Positions 9,056 to 18,591 are shown, numbered from the stretch's first letter. The stretch is DNA of 34,524 nucleotides from a virus (IMGVR_UViG_3300031232_000019:1-34524); one strand, 5' to 3'. The notes: a model not told the origin generated them from the sequence alone. Translations and numbers: made by a program.

Positions 9056-9819
9056 TCTTTGACCAGGCACCACAGGAACAGCGTGGGCTGCATGTTTTCG
9101 TGCGGCGCATCCTCTCCGACCGCGACCGTCTGCGGGTCGAAAAGCTGTGAGGAATTCTGCGCGGAATTCGCCGTGACGACCATGGAGCCGATGTCGCCGT
9201 TGTCGGCGGACGATCCGGGGGGCGAGCGCAAGCCATGCGTGTGCGCCGGCAATTCCGCCGTGAGGAGCGTATGCGTCTCGGTGCCGACGACCGCGTTGTA
9301 CGCCCGGTCCGTCAGACCTATTCCGGCGCCCGCCGCGCCCAACACCCGGCCCGAGGCAGCGCCGAATTGAATCCAGCCAGGATTGGCGGTGAGGGCTTCG
9401 GCAAGCGTGGGTTTCGCGATCAGCTTCACGTCGCCGGGTGAGCCGAACGCCGTCCGCCATTTGTTGCGCTCATAAATCAGTTCCGCATGAAGCGTCGTAT
9501 CGAAAAACCGCGTGCCTTCGCTCGCATCGGCCGGCCGCTCCTCGGTGGTGCCGCTCGGTACGCGCATCGGAATGGGGTCCCACGATGCCCCCGCCCAGCT
9601 ATACCACCCGACCGGTACGCCCGCTTCCGTCGTCTTGAACCAGGGCTTGTCGCGGTCGATCGCCGGCGGTTGCGCAGCGCCGAAGTTGACACCATTGAAC
9701 ACGTCGCTGCCGGGCACTTCGACGTATTCGGTAATCAACTCCAAAAACTCCTGCACCGTGGCGGGAAAGTCGGTGCCAGCCGGCACAGGGAGCGCGGTGA
9801 GGGTAAGGGTAAGGCTCAT
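9052..9819 (-). CDS. Tail collar-like/short fibre protein
   Basis: GRVLGAAG...GTETHTLLTAELPAHTH...PHENMQPTLFLWCLVK is the pattern of tail-collar (microcystin-dependent-like) fibre C-termini. Confidence 0.75.
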   Translation of the reverse strand: MSLTLTLTALPVPAGTDFPATVQEFLELITEYVEVPGSDVFNGVNFGAAQPPAIDRDKPWFKTTEAGVPVGWYSWAGASWDPIPMRVPSGTTEERPADASEGTRFFDTTLHAELIYERNKWRTAFGSPGDVKLIAKPTLAEALTANPGWIQFGAASGRVLGAAGAGIGLTDRAYNAVVGTETHTLLTAELPAHTHGLRSPPGSSADNGDIGSMVVTANSAQNSSQLFDPQTVAVGEDAPHENMQPTLFLWCLVKE

Positions 9820-9821
9820 GG

Positions 9822-11561
9822 TTATCCGGTGGGAATTTCGTAATGTATATCATTGCCCGACACATCGTATTCGATGGGCGCGGCCTCGGTGTCGTCCCGG
9901 TCGGCGTAGGCCGGCTCGGGGATGGGCTGGGCGACGACGACGACGCGGTGAATCTTGACGCGCCCGGTCCAGACCAGGCGGAACTGGAATTCAAATCCGA
10001 CGCAGCGCGCCCGGTCGTTTTCGTCGATCCCTTCATCCGGGATCGTGAACGTGCGCACGCCCGGCCGGTGCTGGGCCTTCAGGTTCTTCCACCGATGCGG
10101 CGCGGTGGTCGAAGGATCGGACATCTGTGCGCCGGCCTTTACCTCGTCCCATTTATTCCAGCGGTCGTGGTTATCACAGCGCCAGAAAATATCGAGCGCC
10201 ACGTCGCCCTCGATGCCGGACAGGAAAACCTCGCAGCCGGTGAGCCGTTTGCGCTGGCCCGGCGAGCCAAAGTTGCGCCGCGAATACTCCACCACCGCCT
10301 GAATCGGCGTCCGCACAGCCTGGCCCGCGACGGTGGAAACATCGTCGGTCCCGCGCGCCATGAATTCCCACAGTCGGTTTTTTCCGTCGGTATCCGTTGA
10401 AATCGCAAACGCGCGCTTGCGGCCGTTGAACGTCCCGGCGACCAGCAACGCCGCGTCGAGTCCGTCCCATTCGCCATCGTAAGCCGGCGGGGCCTTGCCG
10501 CGCATGCTGGCGAGCATGGCCAGATCGAGCGAGATGATGTCGCGGAACGAAACCCCGCCGCGGCAATTGAGGAAGGGGCTCGCCGTCATCAGCAGCCGGT
10601 TGTCGGCGACGACCCCGGAGCAAAACGCGAGATGCCGGGACGATTCAGTGTCGGTGAGGCGACGCACTTCGCGCGAGATCGGCGCGGAGCCAGCGCCCGC
10701 CTGATCGCTGACGGCACTGCTCAACGACCGGATGCCGCCGTCGCCGTCCCGCCAGTACAAATCTTGGTTTACTTCCACGATGCCCCGATGCCCGGCGGCG
10801 CCCGTCGTCCGCAACGTCGTCGAGTTGAAGCCGGGAATCTGTGACCAAAGATCGCGGGAAGTGATGTCGGCGCGGATGGTTTCGGCGTTGTCGCGGCCGA
10901 AGACGATCAGGCCGCCGGTGCCGGTGTTGCCAACCGTCGGAAGAAAGGCGAGGCCCTGCATTTTGCGGGGAAAGTAGAACGAACCGCCGCCAACGAGAAA
11001 TTTGATTTCCGTGAACTTGAGTTCCGACTGAAACGCTTTCTGGCAAATGTCGCCGGCGACCAGCTCGTTCCCGTTCTTTGCGACCCACAGCCGGCCGTTG
11101 CCATAAGCCATCTGCCGGCCGATCGGTACTTCATCCTTCAGGGGATCGGACCGGCGCGCATCGGCCCCGTCATAGATGATCGCGCGCGACTGCCCATCCT
11201 GCACGAGAAAGCTGCCGACCGTTTCCTCCATCCAGACTTCCGGCTGCACCGGGGAGTTCTCAAACGCCAGCGGGATCTCGTCGCAACTGAACACCCGTTC
11301 GCCGATCCAAATCCGATACAGGTGCCCGGCGATGGAGGCGATCAGCATGCCACCTTGCACGGAGAAAAAATCCGCGCCTTGCACGAGACCGGGCGGCAGT
11401 TCGAGCCGTTGCACGATGGGGCGGCGCGTGCTCGGCTTCCCGCCGCGGATGTTCACGTTTTTCGCCCAGGCAAGCTGCGTCGGCAAAATCAACTCCGGTT
11501 CGAACGCCGAGGACACGCCATCGGTGCAGACTTCGAAAAGCTCGGTGGCGGGGTTAGGCAC
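9822..11561 (-). CDS. Tail nozzle/tubular protein B-like (T7 gp12/P22 gp10 position)
   Basis: About 580 aa, beta-rich (WAKNVNIRGG, MAYGNGRLWVA, DLYWRDGDGGIRSL, PISREV). Start moved to GTG 11561, overlapping the end of the upstream 97-aa gene. Confidence 0.6.
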   Translation of the reverse strand: MPNPATELFEVCTDGVSSAFEPELILPTQLAWAKNVNIRGGKPSTRRPIVQRLELPPGLVQGADFFSVQGGMLIASIAGHLYRIWIGERVFSCDEIPLAFENSPVQPEVWMEETVGSFLVQDGQSRAIIYDGADARRSDPLKDEVPIGRQMAYGNGRLWVAKNGNELVAGDICQKAFQSELKFTEIKFLVGGGSFYFPRKMQGLAFLPTVGNTGTGGLIVFGRDNAETIRADITSRDLWSQIPGFNSTTLRTTGAAGHRGIVEVNQDLYWRDGDGGIRSLSSAVSDQAGAGSAPISREVRRLTDTESSRHLAFCSGVVADNRLLMTASPFLNCRGGVSFRDIISLDLAMLASMRGKAPPAYDGEWDGLDAALLVAGTFNGRKRAFAISTDTDGKNRLWEFMARGTDDVSTVAGQAVRTPIQAVVEYSRRNFGSPGQRKRLTGCEVFLSGIEGDVALDIFWRCDNHDRWNKWDEVKAGAQMSDPSTTAPHRWKNLKAQHRPGVRTFTIPDEGIDENDRARCVGFEFQFRLVWTGRVKIHRVVVVAQPIPEPAYADRDDTEAAPIEYDVSGNDIHYEIPTG

Positions 11562-11847
11562 GAGGCGCCGCCTTTCGTTGCGGGCCACGACTGGCGAGCC
11601 GGGCGGCGAATTCCGGCGCGAGCCCCTTGGCGACATATTGCGCGGCGAGATCCGGCACATCAGTCCGGCGGACGATGGATTTGATGCCTTCGGGCGTGCG
11701 GTCGACGCGATGCGTGAGATCGTTTGCCTGGCCGATCATCACGGATTCGCCAAAGCCCGGTTGGAGCGCGACCATTTTTTCGGGACATTGCCCGGTCCGC
11801 TTGATCGCGCCGGTTGCACGGTCGAAAACAATAAAGGGCGTGCTCAT
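11554..11847 (-). CDS. Small tail fibre-associated protein
   Basis: ATGA-coupled to the upstream fibre gene; FIVFDRATGAIKRTGQCP resembles small proteins that follow J-like tail tip genes. Confidence 0.55.
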   Translation of the reverse strand: MSTPFIVFDRATGAIKRTGQCPEKMVALQPGFGESVMIGQANDLTHRVDRTPEGIKSIVRRTDVPDLAAQYVAKGLAPEFAARLASRGPQRKAAPRA

Positions 11848-13724
11848 TTCTTGAAGGCGAGCGCCTGTAAAAACCGCTTGGAAAACCGTACCGTAACCTG
11901 GTTACCCGAGGCATAATGCGGCGTCACTTCGAATGTGTACGTGTGCGAACCCGCTCCCGGCGTATCGGTCCACAGCAACGAAACCACTTCATAGCCGTTA
12001 ATATACGGACCTACTTTGGTGAGTTCCCAAAGTATCGTTCCATCGCGGACCAGCCGGAAATAAATAAAGTCGTTGCATTGCGAAAACTGCGCACCCGCGG
12101 ACAAAGCGACCGGTTCGGAGCCGATGGTTGTGATCGTCACCGTTTGAATCGTCACGTTCGTATTGGGCGTGACGGAGATTTCGCCGTCAGTCCCGGCAAA
12201 GACGACGACCGTGACCGCGTTATCCACGAGCTTCGCGGTGCCCACCGTCAAATCCCGGATCATCGCCGTGTCGATATAGACGATGCCGCCCACGATGGAG
12301 AACGGGTTGATATGGCCGACACCGCTCGTGTTCACGAAACCAAACTTGTCCGCCTGCACGACGAATTCCGTGTACCCGGCCGCGCCGCCCAGATTCGTGA
12401 CGCGGAAACCGGCAACGCGGGGCTGGCCGCCGGTCGTCGAAACCGACAGCACGTATTCGGCGGCGAGCGACCCGTCGGCATTGGCGCGGGCAATCGCTTC
12501 AGCCGAAACCTGCGCTTGCAGTGTGGTGCCCAAGCCGAGGCGCGCGGTGACTTCGAGATCGAGCGAGGCTTGTACCGTTCCGTCGGCGCTGATCCGCGCG
12601 ATCCGCTCGGTATCGACCTGCGCAGAGACAGCGGACACACCAGCAATCCGGGCCGCTACCTCATCGTTAAACGTGCTTGTCAGCGTGCCATCGGTGGCGA
12701 TGCGTGCGGCTTTTTCCGTCGCGATCGAGGCGGTTAGGACTCCGCTTTGCGCCGAGATTTCTTCGAGAACCTGCGCGAGCACTTCACCGTCCGCGGCAAG
12801 CCGCGCCGCCGATTCGGTGGCGATGGTAGCAGCCAGTCCGTCGATCCCGCCTGAACGCGCAGAGATTTCCGTGTCGAGGGAGGCTTGAATCGTTCCGTCG
12901 GCGCTGATCCGCGCGATGCGCTCAGTATCCACCTGTGCAGAAACGGCATCGACACCCGCAATCCGGGCCGCGACTTCATCATTAAAGGTGGTGGTGATTG
13001 TGCCGTCAGTTTCGATGCGGGCGCTTTTCTCTGTCGCGATGGACGCGGTTAGCGCCCCGTTGACCGCCGAGATTTCTTCAAGGACTCGGGCTTCCACTCC
13101 GCCATCCGCTTCGATCCGTGCGGTCTCCTCGGTGGTGATCAACGCGGTCAAGTCGGTGCCGAGGCCCGATCGGGCGGACACTTCCGTATCGAGTGATGCC
13201 TGGATGCTGCCATCTGAATTGACCCGCGCGATCCGTTCCTCGTCGACCTGCGCCACCAATCCATCGTCGCCGCCCTTTCGGGCCGCCACTTCCGTCGCCC
13301 ACATCGCGACGATCGAACCGTCCGGCTCGGTATAGGCGGCGATGATTTGGGCCACGCTGGCCTCCAAGCCCCCGACCGACGTTTCCCGGGCGAGGATTTC
13401 CGCCCGTGCATCCCGCGTCAGGTTGTTGTCGGCGAGAGAACGCGTCAGCGCCTCCGCGCGAAGTTTTTTCAACAGATCCTCATTGGCGAGCGAACGCGTC
13501 AGGGCGATCTCGCGGAGTTTGGCCAGGAGGTTTTCGTCGGCGAGCGAGCGCGTCGTGAGGAGACGTTTTTCCAACCCGTCAATCACCGGCATGTCCCACA
13601 GCGAAATGAGCGTCAGTTCGCCGCCTTTCACGCCCAGCAGCTCCCCGTCTTTGGCCCCGGAGAGATCCGGACGCCCTAAGACGCCTTCCCATGGCACGGT
13701 GGCAGCAAAGTCCGCGGTCGTCAT
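11844..13724 (-). CDS. Tail fibre/spike with coiled-coil repeats and a DUF1983 (lambda J C-terminal)-like domain
   Basis: Repeated E-x-x-AR-x-x-xD coiled-coil units, then EYVLSV...VAGF...EFVVQADKF...PFSIVGGIVYIDTAMIRDLTVGTAKL, then a beta-sandwich-like C-terminus. Confidence 0.75.
   Translation of the reverse strand: MTTADFAATVPWEGVLGRPDLSGAKDGELLGVKGGELTLISLWDMPVIDGLEKRLLTTRSLADENLLAKLREIALTRSLANEDLLKKLRAEALTRSLADNNLTRDARAEILARETSVGGLEASVAQIIAAYTEPDGSIVAMWATEVAARKGGDDGLVAQVDEERIARVNSDGSIQASLDTEVSARSGLGTDLTALITTEETARIEADGGVEARVLEEISAVNGALTASIATEKSARIETDGTITTTFNDEVAARIAGVDAVSAQVDTERIARISADGTIQASLDTEISARSGGIDGLAATIATESAARLAADGEVLAQVLEEISAQSGVLTASIATEKAARIATDGTLTSTFNDEVAARIAGVSAVSAQVDTERIARISADGTVQASLDLEVTARLGLGTTLQAQVSAEAIARANADGSLAAEYVLSVSTTGGQPRVAGFRVTNLGGAAGYTEFVVQADKFGFVNTSGVGHINPFSIVGGIVYIDTAMIRDLTVGTAKLVDNAVTVVVFAGTDGEISVTPNTNVTIQTVTITTIGSEPVALSAGAQFSQCNDFIYFRLVRDGTILWELTKVGPYINGYEVVSLLWTDTPGAGSHTYTFEVTPHYASGNQVTVRFSKRFLQALAFKK
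12500..13255 (-). repeat. About 2.4 tandem copies of a 315-bp (105-aa) intragenic repeat
   Basis: CGTCGGCGCTGATCCGCGCGAT occurs at 12581 and 12896 (315 bp apart); the protein repeats AQVD(T/E)ERIAR...FNDEVAARIAGV. Confidence 0.85.
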
Positions 13725-14716
13725 TGGATGTGGGGAATGCCGCCCATCCCGAAGCCGGGAGCGAACGTCATCACCGGGTTGACCGCCTCACCGAAGTAGG
13801 ACCGCGCTTCCTTGTTCAGCAGCCCGACGGCGATTTTCTTGAAATTGAAGTAGCCGCCAATGTCGTCGGCGTCGCTTTTTTGGAGCGCCTTGAGCATCGC
13901 CCCGAGAGCGCCCATGTGGGAGATCAGCAAAAAGTCGTTGTCGTCTCTGACCGGAACGAAGCGTTTGCGCGCACGAATCAAAACATTGTGCGTAATGGCC
14001 GGGTCCAGAAACGGCACGAAATAGCGGCGGTAACTCGGGTGCGTCTCAATCGGCGCGTAACTGGCGAGATGATACACCGCCGCGCCGTTGGTCGCCTTGA
14101 TGTCGACCGTGCCGCGCGTCTGCGGTTTGAGGACCGCTTCGACCATGCGAAAGCCCATCGGGGGGATGATGAAAAAGGGCGCGGTGTCGCCGTTGATTTC
14201 CACTTCCACGCCGTCAATCCAGTCCTCGCCCATCTGCGTGCGAATCCAGCCGCCATTGCCATCAAAACCACGCAGGAGAATTTTCGGACGCTCTCCGTTC
14301 ACGCGCTCGTCGACGCGCCCATAAACGCGCAAGGTGTACGCGGTGCCGTCGTCCGGGATACCCTGAAAGGTGCAGCACTCGCCGCGGTCCAAGACCGTAT
14401 CGAGCCAGCCGCGTTCTTCCTGCGGTCCCGGTCCGTTTTGCACGAACTCGTACCAGGGCGAACTCATGGCGAGCGGTGAACCACCGTCGAGCGCAATGCC
14501 GAGAATCCGTTCCAAGTCGCCCGGCAAAGTGATCAGGCCGCCGAACACGGCAAAGCGGTAACGATCGACGACGCCGGGCCAGTCGCCCTCGTGCATCAGT
14601 TCCTCGATCGCGCGATTGAGCCGGTCGAGAAAGCGGTCATCGGTCACGCGGAAACCGGTTACGCCAGCGATCCGCGAAAGTTCCGGGCGGGCATCCTTGA
14701 GGGTGAGCTGGATCAT
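13721..14716 (-). CDS. Head-tail adaptor/tail tubular protein A-like
   Basis: 331 aa with LDRLNRAIEELM...W...ITLPGDLERIL...PWYEF motifs typical of podovirus adaptors; upstream of the nozzle-like gene. Confidence 0.6.
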   Translation of the reverse strand: MIQLTLKDARPELSRIAGVTGFRVTDDRFLDRLNRAIEELMHEGDWPGVVDRYRFAVFGGLITLPGDLERILGIALDGGSPLAMSSPWYEFVQNGPGPQEERGWLDTVLDRGECCTFQGIPDDGTAYTLRVYGRVDERVNGERPKILLRGFDGNGGWIRTQMGEDWIDGVEVEINGDTAPFFIIPPMGFRMVEAVLKPQTRGTVDIKATNGAAVYHLASYAPIETHPSYRRYFVPFLDPAITHNVLIRARKRFVPVRDDNDFLLISHMGALGAMLKALQKSDADDIGGYFNFKKIAVGLLNKEARSYFGEAVNPVMTFAPGFGMGGIPHIQ

Positions 14717-15084
14717 GGACGCCTCCGTTCGCTGTCCGGTTCCTCGGCCGTCGTCAGGCGCCGGCCTTGGTACTCCATGCGTGACCGAATCCAGCCCACG
14801 TCATTTTTGATGATGCTGATGTCGGACTGTGAAGCGGTCATCTTGCGTTCGAGTTCCGAGATGCGCGTGTCGGTGAACTCGAAATGTTTTTCCTGCCGCG
14901 CGTACCGGTCCGCCGCCAGGACGAAGTTGTTGAGGATCGCGTCTCCTTGCGTGCGGTCCGAGTCGCGGAGATCGCGCCAGGCGGCATAAATCCCGATGAC
15001 GCCGATCAGCACGACGAGGAGCGCCCAGACATTGCTGATGACGCGGGAGGTTTTGGATACGTCGAGATTCAGGGGAGGATTCAT
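14713..15084 (-). CDS. Single-TM coiled-coil membrane protein (holin- or i-spanin-like)
   Basis: TM segment VWALLVVLIGVIGIYAAW followed by a heptad coiled coil; translationally coupled on both sides. Confidence 0.5.
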   Translation of the reverse strand: MNPPLNLDVSKTSRVISNVWALLVVLIGVIGIYAAWRDLRDSDRTQGDAILNNFVLAADRYARQEKHFEFTDTRISELERKMTASQSDISIIKNDVGWIRSRMEYQGRRLTTAEEPDSERRRP

Positions 15085-16031
15085 GCAGTTGCTTTGGTTA
15101 CGCCGGCCGGCGGAGTCAGCGCCGTGGCGCGGACTTCATGCACCGTCGCCTTTTCAGCCCGGTCCATGGTTGAGGCCAGCGGATCGAAAACCGTCCGGTC
15201 CAAGGTGGCCTTGCCGGTCGAGTCGGCGGTTTCATAGGCGACATCGAGCACCGGGACGATTTCGTTCAAGACGGTCTTGAATTTGATCGCCTGCGCTTGC
15301 GCGGCCGCGGCGAGTTTGCCCGCTTTCATCTGTTCGTAGATCCACCAGGCGACGACGCCAAGCCCTGCCGCCAGCACGGTCAGGGCGGCCAACTTAAACC
15401 ACCAGGCCCCGACGATCTGCGCCAAGCCAAAGCAAAGTAGTGCGAGAATCCCGAGCGGATAACCTTTCAAGACCCCGGGCAATCCGCCGAAACCAACGAA
15501 CAACCCGAACGTGACGAGGCAACCCGCGCCGGCGAGATTGAGGTACAAAACCTGTTTGGCGGAAATCACGCTGTTGGCCCGGGCGCGTTCCGCGGCCAGT
15601 TGACGGGTCAACTCTTGGCCGGCGGCAATCCGTTCCGCGGCGACCTTGGCTTCGAGTGCCGTGATGCGTTGGGCATTCTCGTCGGCCTCGGCGCGTGAGG
15701 TCGTCCAGCCGGCGCTGGCTGCATCGAGTTTCCCGGCAAGGGCCTGGTTGACGAGGGCGAGGGCGGCGAGGCGCAGCGGCTCGGGATAGGGTCCGGGCGC
15801 CAGCGAGCGAATGACCGACACCGGGCCAAGCACGGCCGCCTGAGTGAAGGGTTCCGCAATATGACCGGCGGCCAGCTCTGCGGCTTCCGCGTTGGCGCCG
15901 ATGGTCTGCAAGCGGGTTTGGGTGGCGCTCGCGAGCAACGGCGCACTGGCGACGTTGGCCGGCGGAGGCGGGGCGCTGGCCTGTTGGCAACCGGTCGCCA
16001 GGACGCACAGAAGAAGGAAGCGGGTCGTCAT
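15081..16031 (-). CDS. Lipoprotein with three C-terminal TM segments (candidate unimolecular spanin)
   Basis: Signal peptide II-like MTTRFLLLCVLATG-C, an Ala-rich coiled coil, then three hydrophobic segments and a soluble tail. Confidence 0.55.
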   Translation of the reverse strand: MTTRFLLLCVLATGCQQASAPPPPANVASAPLLASATQTRLQTIGANAEAAELAAGHIAEPFTQAAVLGPVSVIRSLAPGPYPEPLRLAALALVNQALAGKLDAASAGWTTSRAEADENAQRITALEAKVAAERIAAGQELTRQLAAERARANSVISAKQVLYLNLAGAGCLVTFGLFVGFGGLPGVLKGYPLGILALLCFGLAQIVGAWWFKLAALTVLAAGLGVVAWWIYEQMKAGKLAAAAQAQAIKFKTVLNEIVPVLDVAYETADSTGKATLDRTVFDPLASTMDRAEKATVHEVRATALTPPAGVTKATA

Positions 16032-16456
16032 GCGGTGAAAACCGACAGATCCATCAGGCGATCGAGCACGCGGAGGTTAATGCGCCGTTCGCCCTTGAGC
16101 GCCGCGACGGAGAGCGTTTGCGGGCTGAACTCGACTTCGCGTTCGAGTAAACCGGTGAGCGCGGTCAGCAACACGAGATAAGCCGGATTCGGTCGGATTA
16201 CACCGTCTTGCGTGATCGAAGCGGCGACCGCGTAATTGCCTTCCGGTGACTTGACGCCGTGCTGTTTGATGAGTCCTTCGCGGGCGGCGTCATAATCTTT
16301 GGACGCGTCGCGCGCCAGCCGGTAGTTGGCGAGCAAATCGTACCGCGTATCCGCATCGACTTCGAGCGGGCTGGCGGCGTCCAACTCGATGATAACGGCC
16401 AGGGCATCACGGATGGCGACGACTTCGGCAAGTTTGCGGTTGGGAATCGTCTTCAT
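16028..16456 (-). CDS. Hypothetical helical protein, possible fibre chaperone (DUF1617-like)
   Basis: YDLLANYRL...YDAAREGLIKQHG...EGNY pattern resembles small phage proteins found after fibre genes; ATGA coupling. Confidence 0.5.
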   Translation of the reverse strand: MKTIPNRKLAEVVAIRDALAVIIELDAASPLEVDADTRYDLLANYRLARDASKDYDAAREGLIKQHGVKSPEGNYAVAASITQDGVIRPNPAYLVLLTALTGLLEREVEFSPQTLSVAALKGERRINLRVLDRLMDLSVFTA

Positions 16457-16716
16457 GGTGCGGTATCGGCGGAGTCAATCAGCGCGGCGAGCGCGAGGAG
16501 TTGGGTTTTGACGCCGGCCGGAATTTGCGCGGCGGTGAACGTCGTCGGGCCGATATAGAAGGGGGTCGTGACATCGACGCCGGCCTGCTGGGCGACGGAG
16601 TAGCGGTGCGCGGCCACGGCAAGAATGGCCCCCGCCGTGTCATAGGTGATATTGATCGCGAGCGAGCACCGGATGCGGGTGACGAGGATGGGGGTGGCGT
16701 CGATGATTTTGGCCAT
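16453..16716 (-). CDS. Small fibre-associated hypothetical protein
   Basis: 87-aa ORF directly after the fibre gene and coupled to the next gene. Confidence 0.55.
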   Translation of the reverse strand: MAKIIDATPILVTRIRCSLAINITYDTAGAILAVAAHRYSVAQQAGVDVTTPFYIGPTTFTAAQIPAGVKTQLLALAALIDSADTAP

Positions 16717-16731
16717 GGAGGTATTCGGGTT

Positions 16732-18519
16732 TTAGGTACTGCAAATTCCGCAGGCGATCAGGGCCGCGTTCATCCCCGCGAGCGTACCGCCCGAGGCGTA
16801 TTTGCCCTGTGCGGACTGACCGTTGCAGCCGAAGGCGCCGGAGGCGCTGAGCACCCCCATGATGGCGAGGCCGGTAGAGGAAATGGTCGCAATAGGGTTC
16901 GTGCCTCCGAGAACGAGATTGCCCACTGCCGCGGATATTCCAAAATCGGCCACGCTTCCGCCGCCAAAAATTTGGTCACACGTTCCGATAAACCCTCGCG
17001 TTCCCGCGCTAGTCGTAAAACGAGCATACACGCCGGTGACATTGCTGGATGAAATTCCGAGCGATTGACCACCGGCAACCGTCGTGCTGATCGCCCCCGT
17101 GACCGCAAGGCCGGTGGCATTGCTAAACTTAGCAATACGATTTACGCCCCCGGCAGCATTGGACACATCAACGGATAGGTACCCGTCTAAATCACCAGAG
17201 GAAGAGTTTGATTTCCTCCCAGTGACATAGGCGAAGGCAATACGATCAGAGGTGCCATCATACGCACCACCAAGCCCCAACCCACCGCCCACGTCCGCAG
17301 CTTGGGCATCAGAGGTGGCAATCAGGACATTCGAGGAGGTCAGATTAAATGCGCGGTTAGCATAGTAGAACGATCCATCTGCTCGACTCAACACCGTTGC
17401 GCCCCCCGCAGAGAATTTTCCCGTCGCACTCAGCGCCGTGAACGCGCCCGCCGCCGGGGTGGTCTGGCCGATGGGCGTTCCGTTAATGCTGCCGCCCGTG
17501 ATCGCGACAGCAGAAGCCGCCTGGGATGAAAGGGTCCCAAGGGTGGGCTTGCCCGAAAGTGAAGCGTAGGCCCCATCAAACAAAGTCGGTTTGCCGCTGA
17601 GCGAACTATACACGCCGTCAAAACTCGACGTGCCCGCGCCAATGGCGACCCGCGCCGCCGCTTGGTCAGCGGCCACGATCAACGCGCCACCGACGACGGA
17701 AGCATTGAGCGCCGCCGCGGTGCCCAGGGTTGGGCGACCCGTCAGCGACCCATACGCCCCGTCAAACAACGCGGGCTTGTTGGCGATGACGCTCCACTCC
17801 GGCGTAATATCCGCCAACTGGATATAGCTCGCCTCCAGCACCTTTGAGCCGGTCCCGGTATAGACCCAGCGCCAGCCGTCCGTCGCGGTGACGACGGTGC
17901 CCTGGCCGATCTGCGCCTGCTGGGGCGCAGTCAAATTGGCGATTAACCCGGGGCTGGCAATCTGTACCTGGGACGGCAGCACGGGAATGCGGGCAATATC
18001 AATCGTGCCACTGATGAGCGCCGCGGCATCGTGCGTGTGTACCAGGTCCGCCTTGCCGGCGAGGGCGGAGACCAGGCCGATAATATCCGGGATGTCATGC
18101 AACAACAGGGAGGAGGCCAGCGCCGCGGCGGCCGCATCCTGCGCCAGTTGCCGGGCCAGATCGGCGAGCGCGGCGGAATTCCCCGCGGCGGTCGCATTGG
18201 CGGCGGTGGTGGCAATGGCATCGCCGATTTCAGCTAGAATCGCCTCTGCCTGTGCCACGGCGGCGAGCGCCTGGGTAACGGCCGCGGTAGCCTGGGCAAT
18301 GATCGCGGCGGCGGCATCGACAGTGGCGGCGGCGGCGATCGCTTGCAGGGCCGAGGCGGCGGCGGCGACCGCGCTTTGCGCCGCGGCGACCGCACTGGCG
18401 GCGGCGGCATATTCATCCATCACGCGGCGCGGATTGCTGTATTCCTGCAATTCTTCGCGGGAGCCTTCGTTGAGCCCTTCGCCGATGGGCGGCACGGCAA
18501 TCTGGCTGAATTGAGTCAT
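16732..18519 (-). CDS. Fibre protein (head or tail) with Ala-rich coiled coil
   Basis: Poly-Ala stalk; fibre motifs LAGKADLVHTH, WSVIANKP, repeated FDGxYxSLxG(K/R)PTL and AVAITGGSINGTPIGQTTPAAGAFT; start placed at MTQFSQ. Confidence 0.75.
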   Translation of the reverse strand: MTQFSQIAVPPIGEGLNEGSREELQEYSNPRRVMDEYAAAASAVAAAQSAVAAAASALQAIAAAATVDAAAAIIAQATAAVTQALAAVAQAEAILAEIGDAIATTAANATAAGNSAALADLARQLAQDAAAAALASSLLLHDIPDIIGLVSALAGKADLVHTHDAAALISGTIDIARIPVLPSQVQIASPGLIANLTAPQQAQIGQGTVVTATDGWRWVYTGTGSKVLEASYIQLADITPEWSVIANKPALFDGAYGSLTGRPTLGTAAALNASVVGGALIVAADQAAARVAIGAGTSSFDGVYSSLSGKPTLFDGAYASLSGKPTLGTLSSQAASAVAITGGSINGTPIGQTTPAAGAFTALSATGKFSAGGATVLSRADGSFYYANRAFNLTSSNVLIATSDAQAADVGGGLGLGGAYDGTSDRIAFAYVTGRKSNSSSGDLDGYLSVDVSNAAGGVNRIAKFSNATGLAVTGAISTTVAGGQSLGISSSNVTGVYARFTTSAGTRGFIGTCDQIFGGGSVADFGISAAVGNLVLGGTNPIATISSTGLAIMGVLSASGAFGCNGQSAQGKYASGGTLAGMNAALIACGICST

Positions 18520-18536
18520 GGTTAAAGGAACTGATG

Positions 18537-18570
18537 AAGGGGTCGGGTGCTGCACGGCCCGGCCCCTCCA
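18537..18570 (-). terminator. GC-rich hairpin after the capsid gene (weak terminator or stabiliser)
   Basis: Minus strand GGAGGGGCCGGG...CCCGACCCCTTC; only a weak U-tract follows. Confidence 0.45.
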
Positions 18571-18591
18571 TGGCGGTCCCGTTCGTAAAGT

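Noticed and set aside
12500-13255. Diversity-generating retroelement TR/VR pair
   Set aside because: The repeats are tandem in-frame coiled-coil units, differences are not confined to adenines, and no reverse transcriptase is visible.
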